From Sphaeroforma arctica JP610 (Eukaryota), in assembly GCF_001186125.1 (NCBI RefSeq), contig NW_014040490.1, forward strand, positions 16,840-65,997: a DNA stretch of 49,158 nt, in the 5' to 3' direction. The notes beneath the pieces were generated by a model. The model saw only the letters and a list, made by a program, of their open reading frames with translations. It made no database searches and was not told where the DNA came from. Position 1 is the first letter of the stretch; each line of letters begins with the position of its first letter. Shown here piece after piece: positions 36,001 to 49,158 of the stretch. The position numbers and the translations under genes are program-made.

Positions 36001-38893
36001 CAGCCCACGATTTTAGTATTGAGATACATGCCCGAACAACAACTCAGGATACAACGTACATCCACGAATAAACCGTGTTTTTGCGCTATATAAATATACA
36101 AATTAGTATATTCGAAATTATATTGGAAAAGTTTTTGGAGCGGCGAATATATTTAAACAACTCGCAAGTCTTCTTTTCATCTGTACCAGTATTTTCATGT
36201 ACTACAACAGTCGAGGATACATTGACAACAAAAAATAAACTCGTGCGATTCAGGAGAGTGTAACGTACATGATGCAGGTAGTGCTTATATCTCAGTACAC
36301 GTATTATTAGTTGATTACACACAAAATTATGTAGAGAGAATCTCAATGCGCTCGAAAGATGACAGAGAGTCGCCTTTTGTGAGCAGTGCCCTGCTTAACC
36401 GTAGTATCGGATGCTATTTCGTCGTGCGGTGTGACATTTTTAAACACAGAAATAAAATTGCCCAATCATATCTGAATATATCTTCAATCGCACTCAATCT
36501 CTGTGAGATTGCGTTCGAACAATTACCGAGAGCCCACAGCTTTGCGAACAGTCGTCCAGCATTGCAGTGATATCGGGCGCGTCTTCATCGTCTGGCGTGA
36601 CCAGTAGAAACATGGAAGGGTCGGCCTTTTCTCGACCCGGTTTTAGCACCGTTTGAATGAAGACTGTGTCCCCGTTGGCTGTGGGCGTAGTATGCGTGTA
36701 CGCCGGACAAAGGTTATGTGAGCGTAATGTAGCGCTATGCAGTATACGCCTCATGCTTCCACTTTTGCGTAATACACTATATGCGAGAGAATTCAGAAGC
36801 TTGTACCTCGTAAGGGACTTGTCGATGCAGAAGCTCTGGTTAAAGTTCACAGTAGTATATAATAGGTCGAGAGCGTAAAAAGTAAACTAACAAGGCTCAG
36901 GGTATGCTCACTCAGTTCATACCCACGTTGCGAAATAACTTGCATACGATGTCATTGCTACAATTTCATGTACACAGAGTGACGAGACAACAAAAACATA
37001 CCCAATGTGAAGGAGCCAGGCACCTGGAAGTCGAAGGGTATCGCCAAGGACTCGGAGGATTGGTGGTATCCAACGAACCCTTGGACATGTCCTAGCACGT
37101 GTTCATTCATACTGCGAAGAAAGTTGAGTTGAAAATTGTATCACTTTCGGCTGATACACGCAGCTTACTGAGGTGATAACCACATGCGTTTCGATGTAGC
37201 ATATGCGAGTAATCTAAATACGCGACAGGCAGATGCGCTGCTCGTCTAGACATACGCTGCTCGTCTGTATCACATAGCACTACCTACTAATCCCTACATG
37301 CTCTTGCTTTGATAAGTATAACAGTGAGAACTGCTCCCATTAGACGCCTGCCAAACACACATGTCCCGCACTACAGTTGCATCAACCGACCTCTTTCGAC
37401 AACGGGTTAGCGAGAATTTAATATCTACATCTGTAGCTAGCTTAGCAGGATTGTTTTCTACGGGCAAGCCTGCACTCGAATTTTGTTCAAACACGACTAC
37501 ACAATCGCATCCAGCATTACACTAACAATTGCAGACGTTCCTTCGAGACGGGACTGTACAGTATTCGTTGTCTACATCGATGCTGAGCACAGCCACCGTA
37601 TACTGACAAGCAAGTACACTCTCAGTCTGCGCAAATACCACTACACAATCGTATCTAGTACTGCACTTACAAAAGCAGACTTTCATCCGAGACCGGATTG
37701 CGCAGTATATCACTGTCCGCATCGATGCTGAGCAGGGTTACCTCCGTCTTCGCAAGGGGCTCATCTACCAATGAAGTTGATTCTGCCGCTGCTGTGATGG
37801 CTGGAACAGTTTGACCGTTTGTACAGCAAGTCGCCTTTGTAAGTCTAAATCAACTAGCACTAGAAATGATCAAATTGTGCCTTTGCAGTGCCCAACCAAT
37901 TTCATTGGATTACTGAGTCTGAGCGGTATATGCTATTTACAGCACAATCTGTAACCCTTCAGCCCATTTTTAAAGCCTGGTTCATTTTAAAACCATGTTT
38001 TTCAATATTAATAGCATGCAAGTGGCATCACACTCTGTTCGAGAGAAACGTAGGTATACGCACAGTGAGGCATTGAGATTATACGCCTTCTTTTTTAAAA
38101 AGACGTGTCATAATTGAGAATTTGAGATTAAATCACATACCGCTTTCCTGGACAGGCGCAGGAGTGTGCATTTCCATAGCATTGTCTCCGTCCCGACTGG
38201 TCTCGAGAATGAGACTTAGATTCGATCCTCGTTTGCTTCTTAACACACTGGACATGTGCGGTGCCAACGCGTTATCACCAGCACTTATGTTGAGGGCCAC
38301 TTCACTGCTTCTGCGATAGGCGAGTTCAGATACGAAGGTGCAGAGGTTGATTAATCATGAATTGCACCTGCTATTTGACAGATTGTGTAGATAAGTTTTT
38401 CCTTCTACTACTTAGCCGAACTTTTGACAAATTCGATAAGACAGCTCAAACTCATTATTGTTAAGTGCTACTTTCGTCAGCCAACACAAATTGATGCCTA
38501 TGTAATCTGATTCGCCGTGCTGATGACAATCAAGATCTTCCCATCACTAGGCTAAACGCAGACTAATGCTACACGATCAACTAGTGGGTAACTCAGCCAG
38601 AGCAGCCAGAGTGCTACTCAGAGAGGGAGCTAGCGATTAACACAAAATACAAAGCTAGAGGGCGACATGGGAAAAGGTATCGCAGACTCCACATAAACAC
38701 AACTTCATATAACTATGACGGCACACATAAGCAGCATAAATCTATACATATATACGTCCATATACATATACATAAATATAATTACAAATACAAATACCAA
38801 CATTTAAATCTATATATATATATATATATATATCTATCTATCTATCTATATATATACATACATATATACATATATGTATATATGTATGAGTAT

Positions 38894-38940
<47 letters not shown>

Positions 38941-41900
38941 ATATAAATAATAAATATATAAATAAATAAACATATAAGTATATATGATACCTGGATACAT
39001 CCTCATCGGAATCTACTGCAGAATCTGCGCTATCGGCTTTCTGAAGGGGATGTCCAATAGCGGCGAGTGATCTAGATGCGTCAGGTGCCGTGGCCGTGTG
39101 GTCTTCAAAAACAACGAAGTCGTCATCATCGCCTTCTTCAGTCGCCACTACTGGAAGAGGCCACGTATCGATTTTTGAAATGTTATTAAATGTGTGCATG
39201 CAGTAATGTATCATCATAGAAGAACGAAGAGCTTGAGACATTATTGATCACAAAATTTGTGTTTACGTGGCTAAGGTAAGATTTTTTTTACAACACTTGA
39301 CTGGAAGGCAGCCCGGCACCAACAACAGTCTAATATATACCGTACCGAGAAGTGGCTCAGCATTCTCCGTGAAGATTTCAAATTCCGACTCGTTCGCAGC
39401 GTTGGCTGTGGATCTGATGATATTTCTGTCAACGGCGTGCAGAAAGGTCACATCCATGAGTTTCATCAATTAGACACCCACACCATCCTTCCGAATAAGC
39501 CATTGCGACTTCATGTACCGCATTACACACTGAGAAGCCACATAGCAGCGGAGTCATATGCGAAATCCCAGTCACTTCATAAATAGAGTACGTCCAGACT
39601 CTTGAGAGCATAATTTCAAAGAATTAACATTTAGGACATCACCTACCCGTCTGCCAATACGTCGCCGCTTGTGGATTTAATCCCAGGCGATCGGCTGAAG
39701 CTGGAGTCCAGAGGCATCATACCACCTTCTCGCAGTACATCCGCGTTAGTCACACGACCCTCTGACTGGCCTAGCATGTCCCCCTGTCCTTTCTGATCCT
39801 CATCGATATCTTGTACTTCGTCAGGTACAACCTGAGGAAGACACAACGAAAGTTTAGCGGAAAATGAAGAAGGACCTATAGATGAATATTCTCTCAAATA
39901 ATTATAATAAATAACGTAGGGCTGGGCTCACACGTTGTCGCTTGTCACGTGTCGATTTATAAACAAGTGTAGGTTGGCTGGAAGCCTAGATACAACCTCA
40001 CACAACACACGGACTTCATATGTGAAATCGTAAGCGACATCGCTCTTGAAGTTCACCTATGCGAAACTGTTGACGTATAGACGTGCTGAGAAGACGACCA
40101 ACTAGATTGACAAGTATGAATAATATCCTTTGCACGCATGATTTCTCTCTACAGAAGCAGCGTGGTTGAAAGAAGCCTTGCCGTAGGGGGTCAATACCAT
40201 TGCGTTGAAACAGATGACATCGCAGTTGCAAAAATATTGTTAGGCTGCTGAGTCAATGCACGCTTTTCACTTACCTCAAGCGGAGTGATTGGTTTGCGTT
40301 CGCCTTCGGTCCGCATTACTAAGTGAGACACCCGGTCTGTTGGGTTTTTCCTGGGTAGTGAATAGGATAGAAGTTTCTCAGATTTGGTAGGCATTTCGAG
40401 ACAGCTACCAAGCACTCACGATAGATGCTTGAGTACATTTCTAAAAAGCAGAACGCGGTATCTCCACCATATGCACATTCCTTCCACACGCAGAATCCCC
40501 ACCAAAAACAGACGTACGACAGGCCAAGCACCGATCAACAACAGCATCATGTGCGATCCCACCACTGGAAGTGACGAAAAGCATTGTATGTAGCCACCTT
40601 CATACCACAGGGAAGGCGATAAGAACGGTTAAATACTCAATGCACATACCTGGCACCATCGAATACGTTGGGGTCATTCTCGTTGTTTTCTGGGTCCTGG
40701 AAGATTGACTTACTCTCTGCTAGCACTGCGTTGGACAATTCTTCACTCTCCTGCGAATCGTATGCAGTTTTCGCTGGAGGTGGGAGTGGTAGGATAGTGC
40801 CCGTCATGGTGGGGTCCTGGAATATCTGTAGAATTTAGGGGGATAGAGATCGGATCAAACTACTGATACAAACAAAGGTACACATACAATGCAAATATTT
40901 TGTTGTAACTGGCAAAGCTGTACCAACTAGTATGCGGATTCACCAGCGAAATACGAAAGTACACTTGATTCAAGGCTTTAGAGATGTCTATAGAAGTAGT
41001 AACTATCGTACTGCGGAAGTGCACCGGCTCCTGATAGACCGAGTCTAAAATGAGCCTGTAATAGATACTATTCGAAATTCCGCCCGAGACTCCCCAATGT
41101 ACGCAAGCGATTTCATTGCAAGCATGAACAGCGCTGATTGAAAGCACAGTTCCGGACTACATATAATTTGTGATAAGACAACGGATTAGCTCCAATCATA
41201 TATGTCTGTACAATCAGAAGCCAACGAAAACTAGCTATCTCAGCCAGTTATATAGAAATATCTCGCTCCATGGGGGGACGACACTGCTTGACACCTCGGC
41301 ACCTGTGGATAAGCCTGCTCACTTTACCTACCTGGAATGGTTCGGCTGTGGAGGTGCTGCATGAGGCGGTCTTGTCTGCGCCAAACATGGGGTGGTTGAA
41401 GTCGCGATTGTGGGTCGGAGACACTCCGCTGGCGGAAACCGGGCGATCAGCACCACCTAGGAAAGGCTGAGCGAGTTTGGTATGGATGTAAGCGTTTGCA
41501 GCGCCGAGGAAAATAGAATGAGTACATGATATATATGTAAGCAATTGTACAATCTAGGAAAGGCAGGGTGAGCAGATGATATGTATGTAAGCAATCGCAT
41601 CATATAAGTGAGGTTGAGTGAGTAGATGATACACAACGCAAGAAGGGGTGAGTGAGAAAAACGTTTGAGCACTTGAGCAACCGAATAATCTAGGAACGGC
41701 TCAGGGAGCAGAACCGATTTTCTATTCATCTGGCCTGCTAGATTTGTGAGTACACTAGGCTTGCTGTCTTTGGTAGGCAGACAATGCAACATCTGGGACC
41801 GGCCAATAAGCAGATGGTGTGTAGATGAGTGACGAGTAAGTCTTAAGTATATATAGCGTATTGAATACCAATAGTGCTCGAGCTTACAATTGGTCTGTGT

Positions 41901-44900
41901 GTGTGGTGTTGGTGTGCGGATGAGCAGATCTGTGTAGAATCATTCATCACTATGAGGATCTAAATATTTGATGAAAGGAAAAATTACATAGCACGCCTAC
42001 ATTATAAAAACTCTACACATACAATTGCACCATCGTGCTGCGCACATGCACTGAACTGGACAGGCTCAACAAACGAAGCGCATATCATTTACCATTGAGT
42101 GCAGGGTGTCCCCATCTTCGTCCCCGGGTAGCGGTCGCGAACGGAAAATGTCGAAAAGATCCGCAGTGGCCAGTTTGGTAGTGATAGTGGGCGAGATGGG
42201 CGGGTGCTTCTCCTATTCAAAGTAACAAAAAGAGCTCAACAGAGTTAACGTAGATATATCAATCAAGATAGATTAAGCGAATCAACAACGATTTTGTAAC
42301 TACATCAACACATATACATAGATGGATTACTTGGTAAACAAAGAGGAGGGAGAGCATACAGAAGACTGGGTAGTAGAGTCAAAATCTTAACTGGAATCAA
42401 CAAACTTGTATTTACAGATGTGGTTCAGAAATTAGCTAGTTTCACAGTTGTATGTGGACTGTGGCCTTAAGAGCGTTCAGACAGCTTAGGCAACTACAGC
42501 GCACAGCATAAAAGGTGCGGACGAGATATGCAGACAATCAAGTCGTCACAATTGTGTACTTCAGCTGCATTGGCAACTTCAGTATATACACACAACATAA
42601 TCCTATCGAATCGATCCCAAGCAATAAAGCCTTTCACGAATGTGTAATTTGTAGTCAGTGGTGCGCTTATACGACTCAGACAGCCACCCACCTTGTTCGC
42701 AACGTCGTTAGTCTCTTCGTCACTGTCGCCTATGCGATAGGAATCCAAATTGGGCCGGGCATTTTCACGGTGCTCCTGGTCACCGTCGACATGTCCAGAC
42801 TCAAACGGCACGCGGAAATCACCGACACCACCCGCATCCACAGACCCCACATGTGGGCTATCACCGCCACCCTCTCTCGTAGCCTCATACACATTAGCAG
42901 CGTTGACCTCTCGCTTAATAACCACACCTTGCTCACCCTTCAGCTCTTCATCACCAGCAGATGCGTTTTCGTTACTTGTCCCCGTTAGTGGATGTGATGC
43001 GCTCGCTGTGTGCACTGACTCATCACGCTGTGTTTCTTGATGGTCACCGCCGGGGAGAGAGTTACCGTTCGTAAGGCTCGTGACAACTACCAGTGGTGCT
43101 GCTTCCTTCTTATAAAGATCATCGGATATCTTGCCGTGCGCGTTCGAAGAAGTGTTTATACCTGACGGTGCGAGTGCAGGTGTGGGGCTAGACCTTGCAT
43201 CGGCCTCTACAGAGTGTGCAGCCCCCGCAACAACGTCATCCAGCTTCTCAGTATCATCCATGAACATGTCAAAGCCCAAAGCGTTCGGACCGGACTCGCG
43301 AGTGGAAACACTCTTCGTATCCACCTCGTTCACATCGCTCATGGAAGGCTCATCCACAAAGATACTGCTCGCAGATTGTGCCGAGTGGATACCACCCACT
43401 TCCTTCACAGGCCTGCTATCAGTCACCGCTGCACTACTCTCGCTTGTGCTTAATAAGGGACTCGCATTGCTGGTCGCTTCTGTATTGCTAGCTGTATGGT
43501 CCTGTCGTGCGGTAGTTGAGGGTTCGTTGGGTATAGCTGGAACCGTTCCTACGGTCAGTGATGGTATGTCGGGTTCGGATGCGGGCGAACCCGACTTGGA
43601 TACAGGTTCTCCAGATTGCTTGACGAGTACGTTTGCAGTGGAGGTGGGTACGGTTTCACTGGTGGCGTGTACGGTTGTGCTGGAAGGAGATGCATCTACA
43701 CTGGTGCTTGGTACGTTTTCTTTAGAGGCTGGTACGGATATGCTAGGGTTAGATTTATCTGTATCGGCATTAGGGGGGGTTTGCAAACTTGAAACACCTT
43801 TAACCGTCGGTCGAGGTTTTGGCACTGGCTGTCCCGAGCTTGAGGCAGCTGACATACTAGGCCTTTGAGAATCAGCATCTATTTTTAGACGTTTCTGAGA
43901 CGTTATTGCATCCCTATTCGTGGGCCTACTGTGGGCAAGGTCTGCTGAGCTATCGACATGCCTATCGGATACTGACGATGAAAATAATATTCCTCTGCCG
44001 GCGTTGATACTATTTGACACACACAGCGGTGTTTTGAGCTGTGTCGGTACCGAGAATCGAGAACATTGTATATTAGGGGAAGAGGCAATTGGAACATTCA
44101 AATATGGAAGTGGGCTCGCGCAAAGAAGGTCACAAACCTTGACAAAATCCGCAATGATCCCATCTGCGTACTTGAAGATACACGCTTGCGTTGCAGTAAG
44201 GTTTTCATACTTAAATATGACCCTACTCATATAGCATGTATACAACTACCGAAGTCGGAATGCAAAGACTCGTTGAGCCAGAATACACTGACATTTTTTC
44301 AGTCACAGCTGATCTGACACTAGTAATATCGACAAAAATCACCTGGTTTAGTGCTGGCGTTGTGAAGTCAAGTATTTTGCGTGGGATGGGCTGAGTATGA
44401 GTGTCATCTTGCGGTCGTTTTTGAGATGTCACATCCGTGTCAATTTCCATATCTACATTCGGTTCCCCACCCTTAATGTTCGCTGAGGGATTGGCACCGC
44501 TGTCCGTGTACTTGTATGCCGAGCTTTGTGCACGCACTTCCTCGATACTTACCTCGCCGCCGTTCGCATCAACCAATGGTAGCTGTGCTCGAACACAGAA
44601 TAGTACATAGGTTGCAAGTAGTGATTTAGCTATTAACTTGCACAGTTCCGACTGAGAAAAACCTCATCAGAATTAACCATACAAAAGCATGCGGTAGGAT
44701 CGGATGCATTTCGAAATATGACGAAGAACTGCACTGAAAAGTGGATATTTAGTATGGGCTCAACTCAACGTACCCTGTCAAGCTGGTCCCATGCCCCTGA
44801 ACCATCAAAGTTTTTCGCAGGCTTGCGAAAATTCTGCAACGGGTTTTGCATGAGCTCTTCTCCTCGCTTTCTCGACTCCTGCAGGCTGTTGAACATTCAC

Positions 44901-47598
44901 GACCATCGGGTTTTATATACTCTAAAAGCTTGCTAGATCACAATTACCGCATTTTCTTGGTATCTATATCACGTACACTAATGTGATATCAAAGCTACGT
45001 ACGGTCAGAGTCAGTCATGAATACGGATGCCCAGCGGTCGACAAGCAATGGTTGTCTAACGAAGAGAGAAAACACCGAAGTATTTACCTAATGGTCCATA
45101 GGCAATGCTCGACCACTAAAGATAGAATGCACCGTAGTGAAAGCTTATCTTAAAAAGCAAAGTCCGTGTACTGCCGCATACCTGGGACCGGTGTGATCCA
45201 GCATCCGAGCGGGCAAAGAGTGGCGATCCGCACTGTCTTCATTGCTCTCATCGTGAAAGACAGGGAATTCGAGGGGGTGGTATCCAACAGAAACCGGGGC
45301 GTCCTCGCTCTGCATGAATTGGTGCACAGATAAATACCGAAAGCTGTGGGTTTGATGACCACTGTGCGTTTCCACCTCCTATAGTGGTCATGATTATTTT
45401 CTCATTATGTCATAGTACGCACTGCCGTTTAGCGCTGTGTCCATGCTATGAGCAAAAAGAGCTAAAAGGCACTGCAAGCCTACTAACAAGGGAAGAGTTG
45501 ATGTAAACATACCCTTCCACCTCCAGTCCACCGCCCAGCAGTTAGTGTGTTCTCTTTGCGCACTGATGCACCTGACGGCACGTGGCTCCAAACCTTCGCC
45601 GCTGTTTCTTGACTGGGCGGTTGGTTTTCTTCATCGTCATCCACAAACACCGAAACACCTACCGATCAAAAGGTATTCAATTAGAACTCGCATACATACA
45701 GAGCAGAGTAGGGTATATTTATAGTCCTTATAAATAATACAAAGCATAATATTTCATTAGACCAGCCAAACATCAGGTACGAATGAGCAGCAACTACGTG
45801 ACAAAGGCAGATTTTATCAGAAGTACAGGGCGAATAATTTCACTTTCATCGCTGCATTGTCTGCAAAATATATTATCGCCTCTGCACGCCATTTCACTAT
45901 CGTACACGGCAAACACGAAGCACAAAGACCAGCTGGCGAGCGGGTGTGATTTCTTTTCGGACGAGATTATCATATAGCGGGAAGGCGTTCGTGAGAAATC
46001 AATGTCAACTATGATGGCCAGATCAACTGTCATCGATAAAGCACAGGCCTGATAGCACCTCTACGACATATTAAGGGGAAGAAATTGCTCAATACAGTCC
46101 CTGTAATCCTAACCAAATATCCATCCTCTCCAATAACAAGTAGATAACAGTTTTCTTCACTAAGGAACACCTTTAGCACAAATACCTAAAGCGTGAAATA
46201 TGTTGGCACAATCAGGACGCGCGTGCACTGATATGCTTTATATACATACACACAGACACAGACACAGACACAGCGCAGACACAGGACTCCAGCCATATAT
46301 ATATATATATATATATATAATATAAATATATATAAATATGTATATATATAAATGTATATAAATAAATATAAATATATATATATATATATAAACATATAAA
46401 CGTATACCTATATATGTATCTCACCTCCAGTGTTACTTGCTCGTCGCTTAGTGGAAGGTCGTGTGCTCTGCTGCTGGTGGCCGTCGCGCGAATGATGTAC
46501 TGGCAGCAATCCGTTGCGAGTGCGAGCCAGGCGACCAAGTGTCTTACGACCATCGTTGCTATCCGCCAAGGCTACAAAAAAAAATCAAATGACACATGGC
46601 AATTACCAGTACAAGCGATATACTTGAGTAAAGTTAACGGTAACAATTGCGTTTCAACGCAAATGGCAAGGTGTGAGTAATGGTTGACGGGCACTTTTAA
46701 ATTACTCTATTCGGTCGTGAAGTACTGGTGCTCTTCTAATTAATAGCTGCAATGCGCTACATAAGCGTGATATTAGGTTTCGCAGACGCATATTTAGCGC
46801 CCTTGATAACCATGTACATACTCACCTCCGAAGCTCATCGCTTCCATATTGGCTTTGAGATCCTCTGTCAATCGCATCTGATATTCTCGGTGGCGTCGCT
46901 TCAGTCGTTCCAGAGGCTGTGCATTACTGGTATATAGCGAAAGTACAAATTGTTAAACAAATAAAAAACTGATTCCGCCAACACGATACTTCACTTCCTA
47001 GTTGGTCTTCAAGAGCGCAAGTCCATTGCACTGGTAACAGCCGCTATGCAACCGCAAGAACGGTGGACATCCTACAGTATGCTGGCTCGATAAAACGCCA
47101 TCTTAACAAGTTTGCGACGAGCGTGCGTAATTTACTCATAAAGACACTGGTGCGGCATAGGCAATCCAATAGTCACACTCGAAGTATGGGATTCATACCG
47201 GCCTCGACGACTTCATAAAACATCACACACTTACTTCTGTATGCCCTCTTCATATACAAGACTGGCCTGTTTCTTACTCCCCTTCGTCTCTAGAGCTAAA
47301 GAATAGGCTTCGTACAATAAAGCAAGGGTCACCCCGATTTCCCTGCTCTTCAAGAACTTGAATATATCCACCGGATCCGTCGCGCCGTCCGCCTGTCGCG
47401 ATTCCATCAGTCAATGAAGATCGAAAAAAAAACTTGAGCGAGTGTATTTACAGTTCTGCTTCCAATAACAATACTAGAACATACTGACGCGGATACATGT
47501 ACTTTTGGTGTCTCGAGCAATTGATGAGACATTAGCCAACTTTAAATTCGCTTGGCTTTTGAGAAACTGTACACATACCCCTTGCGAGCAAAGATAGA

Positions 47599-47636
<38 letters not shown>

Positions 47637-47650
47637 CATACATACATACA

Positions 47651-47697
<47 letters not shown>

Positions 47698-48488
47698 GAC
47701 ATATATATATATATATATATACATACATACATATAGTTGGATCAAATTTGTGTTATACTTTCAGCACTCAGCTGGTCATGCGCCTTACACAAGTATCACA
47801 AACTTACAAAATTGAGCCAGATTCTGAGGTATCTCGTATCGTTGCGGTATTGTTCGTAGTCCTGTGCATACAAAAATTGTTAGCGCATTTAGTAGTCGTG
47901 GCGGAAAGAAATCTTCCGCACACCAGAATCAGCAGTTGCAATCTCACAATGTGAAAGAGTTTCTAAGCGAAGTCCCCTAGATATTTGATCGATAAAAGTA
48001 CACAAGCTGTCGATGAGCACGCATTTGAAGGGTTGGTCTTAATGGAATACATATCCAAAAAAGGAGACACTGTCACACACAGCCAATACGATCAGGAAAA
48101 ATCCAGAGCTTCAGTATTTTCGATGGCAGGTAGAACCTACTGGACTATCGGCAATTCAATTCGTACCACAAACTTCCTAGCGCATCGCTCATACAACTTC
48201 AGTGTATCTCCGTTGTTGCCATCCGGGAATTCCTGTCGACACCATGAAATGTAGCTAATTTGGACCAAGGGATGATAAGGCCAAGTGAGTAAAACTTCAC
48301 CGGATGTACCAAAAATTATATTTGCAGTCGGAACTTGATCATCGCGGCAAGAGCATCCCCCACCGGCACGAAATCAACAGGAAACGGACAATGGAATATG
48401 TCGACTAAAGCAAAGACGAGCGACTTACCTCAGCCAAGTTTCCAAGGGGTCATCAACTTCATCATTTAAAATCGCCGTCTCGAATTCC
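33046..48488 (-). CDS. BUB1: Bub1/BubR1 (MadBub) family spindle-assembly-checkpoint protein, multi-exon, 5'-partial. Some central exons and the last exon are not fully resolved
   Basis: Ordered TPR, RxxL, ABBA, GLEBS ([10 protein letters not shown], exon 44343-44582), CD1 ([18 protein letters not shown], exon 42093-42212), further ABBA motifs and a Bub1-type kinase fold on GT-AG exons. Confidence 0.9.
33477..37091 (-). CDS. BUB1: Bub1-type (pseudo)kinase exons 37002-37091, 36527-36678, 35686-35763, 35358-35453, 34936-35096, 34415-34592, 33891-33997, 33477-33617
   Basis: Phase-compatible and stop-free. Bub1-specific motifs [58 protein letters not shown] and WRVELW. Confidence 0.88.
37350..37741 (-). 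repeat. Three diverged ~140-bp tandem units inside the Bub1 gene
   Basis: ctacacaatcg...catcgatgctgagca at 37491-37597 and 37634-37741. A weaker third unit lies at about 37350-37436. Confidence 0.7.
38805..38988. repeat. Intronic (TA)n-rich tract
   Basis: Direct inspection. Similar tracts occur at 46240-46415 and 47600-47735. Confidence 0.9.
46826..48488 (-). CDS. BUB1: Mad3/Bub1 N-terminal TPR exons 48429-48488, 48167-48254, 47808-47861, 47235-47392, 46826-46926
   Basis: Phase-compatible splicing gives [24 protein letters not shown]...YERCARKF...[16 protein letters not shown]...[21 protein letters not shown]...[11 protein letters not shown]. Confidence 0.93.
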
Positions 48489-48619
48489 CTACAAGAGTAT
48501 TGAAGTTCAGATATATTATTGGTACCCTAAACAATATCACCCCGCAATCAAACTTGCTTTTCCACTAGAATCTGACCGAATCCGTAAAAGCGATGAGCAT
48601 ATTTCTCGCGCCGACACGC

Positions 48620-48698
48620 ATATATATATAGAAATACATACAAATATATACGAGATACACACACGCGTATGCACAGACACAGGTACACAGATAAATTG

Positions 48699-48737
<39 letters not shown>

Positions 48738-49158
48738 AAATTCATAGGTACGTATTTGTACTTGCTTAGCTATATACACACACACAAACACACACACACA
48801 TACATAATATATATATAATCCATAGGTACGTATTTGTACTTGCTTAGCTATACACACACACACAAACACACACACATACATAATACATACACACACACAA
48901 ACACACACACATACATAATACATACACACACACAAACACACACACATAAAAATACACACACACCCACACCCACACACACCCACCCACCCACACTTACACA
49001 TATATATATAATTACGTACGCAAGAATATATTCATTTATATAAGTATGTATATATGTATAAATACATACATACATACATACATTCACACACACACACACA
49101 CACATATATATATTCACACATACACACATACACACACACACACACACACATATATATA
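48620..49158. repeat. Intronic (CA)n/(TA)n tract with a ~79-bp-period duplication
   Basis: cataggtacgtatttgtacttgcttagctata occurs at about 48743 and 48822. Confidence 0.9.

Noticed and set aside
43131..43868. 245-aa plus-strand ORF
   Set aside because: It is the antisense shadow of the large low-complexity Bub1 exon.

Overview
Intron-rich eukaryotic DNA with GT-AG introns and many TA/TG microsatellites. A unicellular holozoan such as an ichthyosporean is my guess only. Two host genes converge from the window ends. CTNNBL1 (beta-catenin-like 1, + strand, 741-5113, 11 exons traced, first exon upstream of the window) is on the left. A Bub1/MadBub-family spindle-checkpoint gene (- strand, about 33046-48488, 5' end outside the window) is on the right. 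It keeps TPR, GLEBS, CD1 and many ABBA motifs, but its kinase domain has lost the catalytic residues. Between them is a ~26 kb island (about 5.3-31.7 kb) of decayed mobile DNA. It holds a compact intronless virus-like ORF cassette, a THAP pseudogene preceded by three tandem arrays, a gag-like pseudogene behind a 30-bp E-box array, and a Mutator-like remnant (SWIM + Ulp1 protease). It also holds a dispersed non-coding repeat family (A/B/C) whose copies appear to fold into many helices with same-strand G-U pairs and apparent covariation. That family is the best candidate for an undescribed structured-RNA element. All alignments and folds were done by eye.
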